A DNA stretch of 32,000 nucleotides from the NCBI RefSeq assembly GCF_900232105.1, contig NZ_LT934425.1, forward strand, positions 4,050,001 through 4,082,000. The letters run 5' to 3'. The DNA comes from Candidatus Kuenenia stuttgartensis. Lineage in GTDB: Bacteria > Planctomycetota > Brocadiia > Brocadiales > Brocadiaceae. Under the pieces are notes generated by a model, which worked only from the letters and a program-made list of their open reading frames with translations, ran no database searches and was not told the DNA's origin. Both the position numbers and the translations under genes were made by a program. Positions 8,778 to 15,628 of the stretch are shown here, one piece after another (positions within the stretch are counted from its first letter, which is position 1; every line of letters starts with the position of its first letter).

Positions 8778-10116
8778 TTACCCATCAACAATCTCCCAAT
8801 GCCCGCCTTTATCGGGACCGATGCGTTTGAGAATCCCCTTTTTTCTAAGTCTGGTTATATGATATTTTATTCCATCATCAGTTATTCCAATAAGTTCAGC
8901 CAGTTCTTTTTGAGTGATATCTGATTTCTTAGCGATAGCTTCTATAATTTTCTGGGTAGTTTTCTGGGTAATATCTTTCCCCGCTTTAAGAGAATACCTT
9001 GAATCACGGTAAAAAATGACCCGAAAGAACGCATCCATTTCAAACACAGGTTCTTTCAGTCCGGCCTCGCGCATAAGCTCTCTCATACGCTCGATACCAG
9101 AACCCATACGCTCAACTTTACCCATGCGATGGAACAGATCGGCAATAATCGGATTTCTTCTTACAGATGGCTTGCCGAAATCCCGCTTTGTAATTCCATC
9201 AGGCAATCCGCCGGGGTTTTCTATTTCCACGCGATCATCAAATATTCTTACATAAATACTTGTTCCGTTAATCGTATAATTCCTGTGGACTATAGCATTA
9301 ACAACTGCCTCCCTTAAGGCGTCTAAAGGAATCTCATAAATGTCAAAGCGGTCAAAACCCCGAATTTCACTGCGAACGTTTAAATGTTTCTTTAAAAATG
9401 CAACGGCTCCATTAAACTGGGTTAAGAGGTCGTCTTTCACATCATTTCTGTCATAAATATTCGTTTTATCCGTTCCCTTAAAAGATGCAAAGATGCTTTC
9501 TGCGAGGGATGAACTTTTCAACTTTGGAAGAAAACATTAAAGCCCCTGTATTGTTGATTTTGTCTTTCCTGTAAATGCTCAGACTTGTGAGAAAGGAGGC
9601 AAGATTTGCCTTGCTGACCTTGTAAGACATATTTGCTTCACGCAAAAATGATTTAACTTTCATAAGCGAAATATCCTTAAGGCTTAAATCTCTGCAAGGG
9701 ATATCCTCAAAGGAGATATTATCGGTTTCACGAAAAAGAGACCGCACCTCCCGATGAGTCATCTTCTGTGTCACTGCGTCAAGCCGTCTGTAATAACCGG
9801 AAGATGAACCATAAGGCTTTTCATCTCCCTCGGCAACCTCAACAACAACGATATTTCCCTCTTGATGGATTTTCTTAATGTGAATTGACGGATCACAGTT
9901 CCTGGCAATAGCATTTATTTCTGCTTTCATTTTATTGGTCAGTTTCTCACCAACAACCTTTCCTCTATCATCAATACCGAGAAGCAATAAACCGCCTTTT
10001 GAATTGGCAAAGGCGACAATATCACGGTCAATCTTTGGCGTGTATCTCTCCTTAAACTCAACCGTTAAGCCTTCGCCTTCTTTAATCAGAATGTTTATCT
10101 TGTCAGCATCTGTCAT
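8778..10116 (-). pseudogene. AlbA_2 (Schlafen-like) + HATPase_c_4 + wHTH protein, often annotated 'RecG-like ATP-dependent DNA helicase / transcriptional regulator', split by a frameshift
   Basis: The N-terminal ORF (start ATG 10116 with a GGGGAGA RBS) reads EGEGLTVEFKE...FANSKGGLLLLGIDD and ends ...ALMFSSKVEKFIP. The C-terminal ORF continues in another frame with LAESIFASFKGTDK...VNAIVHRNY...VEIENPGGLP...MGSGIERM plus a wHTH (ITQKELAELIGITDDGIKYHITRLRKKGIL). The junction near 9500-9510 needs a 1-nt correction. Confidence 0.8.
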
Positions 10117-10141
10117 TGGATATCTCCCCATCTTCAGCAGT

Positions 10142-10579
10142 TCAACCAATAAAAACAGTCTTTAACCCTTTATCGTTGGTAAATTCTGCCTGTCTTTTAT
10201 CAGAGGTAATAAATGTCAGCGCTATTCCTGTTGATTCCTGAAATAGCAGCGCCGAGGCTATGTGGATAGCATCAAGGGTTCGCGCACTTGAATGCAATAG
10301 AATTTCCTCAGTCCTCCTTAATACATCGTCTGTAAGTCTGACTATTTCAAGATACGGCAAGTCTTTTTTCACGCGGTTCACTAACCTGTCAAAGGTCTTA
10401 TCATCTATCTCTTTCCCTTGCCTTCGCCTTGAGAAGGCTGAAAAACACTCGCTCGTAAGAATGGCGGATGCAAGGAGTCTGTTTTCTTTGACCAGTTTCC
10501 TTACCTTGTCCGACCCCTCTTCCTTCAGGAATATCTTCAGATATGCGCTTGTATCAATATATATCCAGGGCGGGTTCAT
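10142..10579 (-). CDS. vapC: PIN-domain toxin (VapC)
   Basis: A 145-aa protein with the PIN acidic residues in the expected context (YIDTSA, SECFS, TLDAIHIAS, ITSDKRQ). Its start abuts the antitoxin stop (ATG 10579 next to TAA 10580-10582). Confidence 0.85.
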   Translation of the reverse strand: MNPPWIYIDTSAYLKIFLKEEGSDKVRKLVKENRLLASAILTSECFSAFSRRRQGKEIDDKTFDRLVNRVKKDLPYLEIVRLTDDVLRRTEEILLHSSARTLDAIHIASALLFQESTGIALTFITSDKRQAEFTNDKGLKTVFIG

Positions 10580-10861
10580 TTAAAACCTCTCTTCCCTTCC
10601 CTCTATGATGGTTTCGGATAAAGGCTTTCCTGTAATCGCAATAGTCCTGCCAAGCGGCAACTTCCCTTTAACAGCCCTTCGCAATATTCCCCGATCTTCC
10701 AAACTTTTGATCTTATCGTCCGGCGTCCCCTCTTTCATGATCGGCTTGATAACGGCAACAGGGTTTCCCCTCTCCGTTATAACAACCTCCTGCCCTTCTC
10801 TGACTAACTTCAGATATTTTGAAAAGTGCATATTTGCTTCCCTTAATCCAACTTGCAGCAT
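10580..10861 (-). CDS. vapB: Phd/YefM-type antitoxin (VapB)
   Basis: A 93-aa protein. VGLREANMHFSKYLKLVREGQEVVITERGNPVAVIKP is the classic Phd/YefM fold signature. An AAAAGGAGG RBS lies upstream and the gene is directly coupled to vapC. Confidence 0.8.
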   Translation of the reverse strand: MLQVGLREANMHFSKYLKLVREGQEVVITERGNPVAVIKPIMKEGTPDDKIKSLEDRGILRRAVKGKLPLGRTIAITGKPLSETIIEGREERF

Positions 10862-10874
10862 ATCAGTCCTCCTT

Positions 10875-10921
10875 TTGTAGTTATGTTACTACAATTTATC
10901 TGTTTATACCTTCTGTGTCAA
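10875..10921 (-). promoter_or_regulatory. Putative vapBC promoter with palindromic operator
   Basis: On the minus strand, -35 TTGACA (10921-10916), a 17-nt spacer and -10 TAAATT (10898-10893). The palindrome TTGTAGT-N6-ACTACAA (10875-10894) lies between the -10 and the RBS, as expected for antitoxin autoregulation. Confidence 0.45.
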
Positions 10922-10993
10922 TTTGTTTTTAAAGACCTTCAGGGCATTTCATTTATAGCGGTGTGCGCCACAACTATCATAATCTATTTACGA

Positions 10994-11240
10994 TTATATA
11001 ACTTTCCATCTGATAGTAAACAGTTCTGTTTGTTCAATCTTCTGCTTCAACCCCGCCTCAATTTCTTCAATTAATTGGTTTTTTTTATTATCCACGTCAT
11101 CCTGTGTCTGATACAAATTTAAACGCATGGTGTTTCGTTTCTTTTCCATTTCCTTTATCTGCCTATGTGCCATTACGCTACATAACAAAATTTGGTCTTC
11201 AGTTTCAAACGAATGAATTGTTAAGTTAATTACAGATAAC
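10994..11240 (-). pseudogene. C-terminal fragment of an unidentified larger protein, cut off by the MITE at 11241
   Basis: The minus-strand frame stays open upstream of the ORF-track start and runs straight into the MITE (..PGWLSVINLTIHSFETEDQILLCSVMAHRQIKEMEKKRN...IEQTELFTIRWKVI). It is a coiled-coil tail with no plausible start or RBS. Confidence 0.35.
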
Positions 11241-11388
11241 CAGCCGGGAGCATTCCCGTTTTTTTGTAACCGTTAATGATGGGGTCAGGACGAAACAACC
11301 CAGACAGGGTTTGTAACCTAGTCAGTGTTGTTTTTTCCTGACCTCATGAACGGTTACCAGGTTTGTAACCCGGCAGGAATCACGGCTG
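11241..11388. mobile_element. 148-bp MITE-like structured element (relative of the MITE at 18885)
   Basis: Terminal cagccg / cggctg repeats are flanked by a direct GATAAC (11235-11240 and 11389-11394). There are internal inverted pairs (gtaaccgttaatgatggggtcagga and tcctgacctcatgaacggttac). The left half is homologous to 18885-18960 (gggagcattcccgNttttttgtaa ... aaacaacccNgacagggtttgNaacc). Confidence 0.55.
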
Positions 11389-11480
11389 GATAACGAAAAA
11401 TTATTGACACTGTGGGATGTTATGAATTATATTTTGCATTAGTAAAAATATTTTTAATATTTCATTCTGCAAAATCTCTG

Positions 11481-11876
11481 ATGACAAAAATACAAACAGC
11501 CAAACTTCTTTTAATTTTAGTATCCATTGCATTCTGTTTATCGAATGCCACTATGGGCAAGATTATCACACACGAACATGAACTTCATTTTGAACACGGT
11601 ACTGTTCATGTTCATCATACCACCGGAGATCATGGCCCAGGAGAAACTGACCATAAAGACGCAAAGGATATTTTGTCTTTCGATTATTTACCTGCAAACC
11701 ATTCCAATTCCGCCAAGACGATTCACGCCATTAAACCATGTTTGTTTTCTCGTTTTTCACTTCAACCAGATGACCTATTTATCTGCATTTCTTCAAAGAA
11801 TTTCCATTTCTTATCTTTCCGCCAATCTTCTTCCTCCAATAAAATATACCAACTCAATTCTGCTTATCTTATCTAA
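11481..11876 (+). CDS. Putative secreted His-rich metal-binding protein upstream of the cusCBA-like genes
   Basis: A signal-peptide-like N-terminus (MTKIQTAKLLLILVSIAFCLSNA) is followed by THEHELHFEHGTVHVHHTTGDHGPGETDHKD. The C-terminal half is low-complexity, so the true end is uncertain. An overlapping alternative frame exists. Confidence 0.4.
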   Translation: MTKIQTAKLLLILVSIAFCLSNATMGKIITHEHELHFEHGTVHVHHTTGDHGPGETDHKDAKDILSFDYLPANHSNSAKTIHAIKPCLFSRFSLQPDDLFICISSKNFHFLSFRQSSSSNKIYQLNSAYLI

Positions 11877-11978
11877 ACAATTCGTATTACCACATTTCCC
11901 TTTGTTCGCAAATTTGTTTTCTTTCGGAAAATAGCGTCATTTTCATCGACTTTATTTTTCTATAAGGAAGCATCATCG

Positions 11979-12162
11979 ACAAACAGGTCGCTCCTATGGA
12001 GCTTTGATTGATTTAATCAATTTCCGTTATTACAAACAGTTCGTCCCTACGGGACTTTTACAAACAAATTATCCTTTTAGCTCCATCAGGAGCATACTGT
12101 TTGTAGTAGATAGAGATTATATTCCATACAGTTGGTTAGCTCCGTAGGAGCGGCCTGTTTAT
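11979..12162. repeat. Four copies (two forward, two reverse) of a ~24-nt motif ACAAACAG-N2-CGCTCCTACGGAGC containing a mini-hairpin
   Basis: The copies are 11979-12002 acaaacaggtcgctcctatggagc and 12032-12055 acaaacagttcgtccctacgggac (forward), and 12080-12104 gctccatcaggagcatactgtttgt and 12139-12162 gctccgtaggagcggcctgtttat (reverse). Confidence 0.6.
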
Positions 12163-12236
12163 TCTCTTATTGTTCATGCTTTGTCTTTCACCCGGTCAAC
12201 ATAAAAAGGTCTCATGCCATAAATAGGAGTAATAAA

Positions 12237-13529
12237 ATGAATTTTCTTAAAATTTTAAGTATTGCAATTCATCTGTTTATCGTTACGCATTTTGCAATAT
12301 CTTTCAATACCACTTTAGTGATTGCTTCTGATTTGGAATTCAAACAGAAAGAAAAACATCTAACCATTGAAGACGCTGTAAATATTGCAATCAATAATAA
12401 CCCCATCATTATGTCAAAGAAACATACCGTAGGTGCTGCCCAAGGAAAGATAAAACAGGCTCAATTAATGCCAAATCCGGAGATTACGCTGTTAACAGAA
12501 GAGATACCCACAGAAGAAATAGGGTTAAATCAAAGCCAAAATATGGTTTCATTATCGCAAAAATTAGAGATTGGCGGCAAAAGAGGACTAAGAACAGATG
12601 TGGCAAAAAAGGAAAAAAATATCCTAAGCTTTGATGTACAAACTACCATCTGGAATATTACAGCACAGACGAAAAAGGCATTCTTTGATCTTCTCACAGC
12701 GCAAGACGAATTAAACCTTGCAAAAAAGACCGTTGAAATAGCAATGAGCTTGAAAAACCTGTCAGACAAAAAGTTTAAAGTTGGTGATATATCAAAGTTG
12801 GGAGTTCTTAAGGCGGAAGTTGAATTATCCAACGCAAAAACAACTGTAGTCGAAGCTGAAAGGAATATGTTTAATGCAACTAAGAGATTGCAAACTGTTA
12901 TGGGGACAACAGGGGCTCCTTTACAAAAGCTTGTTCCTATTCCTGTTACCGATGCGCCGCTTCTCAAATTGGAAAAACTAGAGGAGTTATCATTAAAAAA
13001 TTATCCTGAGTTACAAGCGCAAAAAAGTATTGTCAACCTTTCGTTATTAAAGGTTAAAGAGGCAAAAAGAAAAATGATCCCGGATATTGATGTATCTATA
13101 GGATATAAGCGTCTTTCAGCAACAGATGACGATACAATCCAGGCTGGAATAAGCCTTCCTTTACCTTTTTTCAATAGAAACCAGGGCAATATTATCGAGG
13201 CAAAAGAATTGTCACACAAGTCAAAAGATGATGAGGCCGCCGCTAGAAACAAATTATTACTTCAATTGGACAATGCTTATTCTATGTACGCTTCAACTCG
13301 TGAACTGGTTCGTTCTTTTATTGACACGATAGTCCCACAGGCTGAAGAATCTTTGAAGATGTCAAAACAGGGATATGAACATGGTGAGTTTGATTTCCTT
13401 GAAGTATTAGATGCCCAACGAACATTGGTGACCGCAAATGTTTCATATTTAAAGGCTTTAAACGATCTTTTTACTTCAATAACAGAAATTGAAAGACTTG
13501 TCGGAGTTAAGATTTCTGATATTAAATAA
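12237..13529 (+). CDS. cusC: TolC-family outer-membrane efflux protein (CusC/CzcC-like)
   Basis: A 430-aa protein. I moved the start to ATG 12237 (AGGAG RBS at 12225-12229, signal-like MNFLKILSIAIHLFIV). It has two repeated coiled-coil/beta halves and the typical motifs LTIEDAVNIAINNNP and GEFDFLEVLDAQRTL. The symbol is assigned from operon context. Confidence 0.85.
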   Translation: MNFLKILSIAIHLFIVTHFAISFNTTLVIASDLEFKQKEKHLTIEDAVNIAINNNPIIMSKKHTVGAAQGKIKQAQLMPNPEITLLTEEIPTEEIGLNQSQNMVSLSQKLEIGGKRGLRTDVAKKEKNILSFDVQTTIWNITAQTKKAFFDLLTAQDELNLAKKTVEIAMSLKNLSDKKFKVGDISKLGVLKAEVELSNAKTTVVEAERNMFNATKRLQTVMGTTGAPLQKLVPIPVTDAPLLKLEKLEELSLKNYPELQAQKSIVNLSLLKVKEAKRKMIPDIDVSIGYKRLSATDDDTIQAGISLPLPFFNRNQGNIIEAKELSHKSKDDEAAARNKLLLQLDNAYSMYASTRELVRSFIDTIVPQAEESLKMSKQGYEHGEFDFLEVLDAQRTLVTANVSYLKALNDLFTSITEIERLVGVKISDIK

Positions 13530-13591
13530 TTTCATATTTACCACTTAAATTACTGAAAAATTAAAAACCTTTTTTACACAAGGATACTTAC

Positions 13592-15142
13592 ATGCTAAGA
13601 ACGTTCTTTATGAATAAAATAATCATTTCATTCGTCATCGTTGCAGGCTTATTAGCGGGCTGTAATGATGACAATCATAAACACGTTGATGCCGAACACG
13701 GTCATTTGCACGGAGACGAAGTACATACAGACGTAGAGCCTGAACCGCTTGCTTACACCCTCTACACAGACAAAATGGAACTGTTTGTAGAGTTTAAACC
13801 TTTGATCGTAGGGAAAACCTCAAAGTTTGCTGCACACTTTACCCGATTAGGAGAAAATTTCAAAGCAGTAACAGAAGGTTCCGTAACAGTCCGCCTGATC
13901 GGAAACGAGAGGCCATTAACGGATAAAGCCGAAAAACCATCATCTCCGGGCATATTCCGATTGGCTTTGAATCCTGAAAAACCCGGCACATATCAGTTGG
14001 TCTTTGACATCCGTACTAAGGAATTTTCCGACAAAATCATGATAGAAAACATCACTGTTTACCCTGACGCAAAAACCGCACTGTTACATCAACAGGAACA
14101 AACAATCAACGAAGAAATTGTTTACCTGAAAGAGCAGGCATGGAAGATAGATTTTGCCAATAGGGAAGTAAAAAGACAGCCCTTTACAGAAATAATCAAA
14201 ACCACAGGACAAATCTTGCCTGCACGGGGAGACGAGATAACTATAACAGCAAAAAGCAGCGGTATCATAACATTCGGAAACAATAAAAAACTGATCGGTT
14301 CTGCTGTAAATGTAGGCGAAACATTATTTGTAATTTCAGGAGCCGGTTTAACAGAAGGTAATTTAGACACGAAATACAAAGAAGCAAAAAATAACTATGA
14401 AAAAAGTAAAATAGATTTTGAAAGAGCCACAGAGTTGGCGAAAGACAATATCATTTCACAAAAACACTTTCAGGAAACACAACTCCAATACAAAAATGCC
14501 CAAACCACTTTTAATACTATTGAAACCAACTACACTGCTGGTGGACACAAAATCAAGTCGCCAATACAAGGGTATATAAAAAATGTGGTGATAAGCGAAG
14601 GAGAGCATGTTGGAATCGGGCAACTCATCGCCATCGTTTTCCAAAACCGCAAACTCATTTTAAAAGCCGAAGTGCCTCAAAAGCATTTCTCAAAACTCAA
14701 CAGTATTTCATCAGCGAATTTCATAACTGCCTATGACAGTAAAATATACCGCACTGACAGCTTAAACGGCAAGCTCGTTTCATATGGAAAAAGTGCCGAC
14801 AACAACGCTTATTATATTCCGGTAAACTTTGAGATTGACAATAATGGTGAAATCATTCCTGGTTCATTCGTAGAGGTGCTTCTAAAAACCAATGTAATTA
14901 GAGATGCTTTAGTAATTCCTTATTCAGCGCTCATAGAGGAACAGGGAAATTACTTTGCATATGTGCAAACATCGGGTGAGGGATTTCAAAAGCGTGAATT
15001 AAAAACCGGAGTCAATGATGGTATGAATGTACAGGTATTAGCAGGTATAAAGGAAGGCGAAAGAGTTGTCACTAAAGGAGCCTACCAAATAAAATTAGCA
15101 ACAATGTCAGGTAAAATGCCTGCTCATGGACACGAACACTGA
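13592..15142 (+). CDS. cusB: RND efflux membrane-fusion lipoprotein (CusB-like) with His-rich termini
   Basis: It has a lipobox (LLAGC), His-rich segments (HKHVDAEHGHLHGDEVH; C-terminal PAHGHEH), and an HlyD-type barrel and hairpin (ITAKSSGIITF..., IKSPIQGYIKNVVISEGEHVGIGQLIA). The alternative start ATG 13610 cannot be excluded. Confidence 0.85.
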   Translation: MLRTFFMNKIIISFVIVAGLLAGCNDDNHKHVDAEHGHLHGDEVHTDVEPEPLAYTLYTDKMELFVEFKPLIVGKTSKFAAHFTRLGENFKAVTEGSVTVRLIGNERPLTDKAEKPSSPGIFRLALNPEKPGTYQLVFDIRTKEFSDKIMIENITVYPDAKTALLHQQEQTINEEIVYLKEQAWKIDFANREVKRQPFTEIIKTTGQILPARGDEITITAKSSGIITFGNNKKLIGSAVNVGETLFVISGAGLTEGNLDTKYKEAKNNYEKSKIDFERATELAKDNIISQKHFQETQLQYKNAQTTFNTIETNYTAGGHKIKSPIQGYIKNVVISEGEHVGIGQLIAIVFQNRKLILKAEVPQKHFSKLNSISSANFITAYDSKIYRTDSLNGKLVSYGKSADNNAYYIPVNFEIDNNGEIIPGSFVEVLLKTNVIRDALVIPYSALIEEQGNYFAYVQTSGEGFQKRELKTGVNDGMNVQVLAGIKEGERVVTKGAYQIKLATMSGKMPAHGHEH

Positions 15143-15176
15143 TAAAATTTTGAATTTTAAATTAAGGACAATTTCA

Positions 15177-15527
15177 ATGAAAAAGGACAATATAATACTT
15201 GAGAAAACCTTTGATTTTGCTTTAAGCATTATCGAGCTGTATAAAAAAATGACTGAACAAAAGGAATATGTTTTGTCGAAACAAATTCTCCGGAGTGGAA
15301 CAAGTATTGGTGCAAATATAGAAGAGGCGATTGCAGCACATTCAAGAAAAGATTTTGCAGCTAAAATGATACTTGCATCAAAGGAAGCAAGAGAGACCCG
15401 ATACTGGTTAAGGTTACTTCAAAAGAGCCAGTTGGTTAAATTAGAATTTACAACTCAATTAAATGACATTGAAACTATAATCAACATTATTACTGCTATT
15501 GTAAAAACTACCCAGAGGAAATCTTGA
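15177..15527 (+). CDS. Four-helix-bundle protein (23S rRNA intervening-sequence protein family, TIGR02436/PF05635-like)
   Basis: A 116-aa protein reading FDFALSIIELYKKM...ILSKQILRSGTSIGANIEEAIAAHSRKDFAAKMILASKEARETRYWLRLL, the hallmark of this family. An AAGGA RBS lies 8 nt upstream. I moved the start to ATG 15177. Confidence 0.85.
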   Translation: MKKDNIILEKTFDFALSIIELYKKMTEQKEYVLSKQILRSGTSIGANIEEAIAAHSRKDFAAKMILASKEARETRYWLRLLQKSQLVKLEFTTQLNDIETIINIITAIVKTTQRKS

Positions 15528-15574
15528 ATTATGAATGTTAAATTTTAAACAAAAAATAAACAGTCAGTAAATTT

Positions 15575-15623
15575 AAAATCTAAAATCTAAAATCCAAAAT
15601 CCAAAATCCAAAATCTAAAATTT
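15575..15623. repeat. Seven tandem heptamers AAAATCY
   Basis: The units are aaaatct aaaatct aaaatcc aaaatcc aaaatcc aaaatct aaaattt, in perfect 7-nt phase. The array ends 5 nt before the cusA-like ATG. Confidence 0.8.
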
Positions 15624-15628
15624 CTACC

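Noticed and set aside
11527-11934. A 135-aa ORF overlapping the His-rich ORF in another frame.
   Set aside because: It has no signal, motif or RBS. The competing frame at least has a signal peptide and a His-rich metal-binding stretch. Neither frame is certain.
15575-15623. Could the heptamer arrays (15575, 18781, 25509, 29430) be CRISPR arrays?
   Set aside because: The units are only 7 nt and directly abutting, with no spacers, and there are no cas genes. They are tandem or fold-back repeats, not CRISPR.
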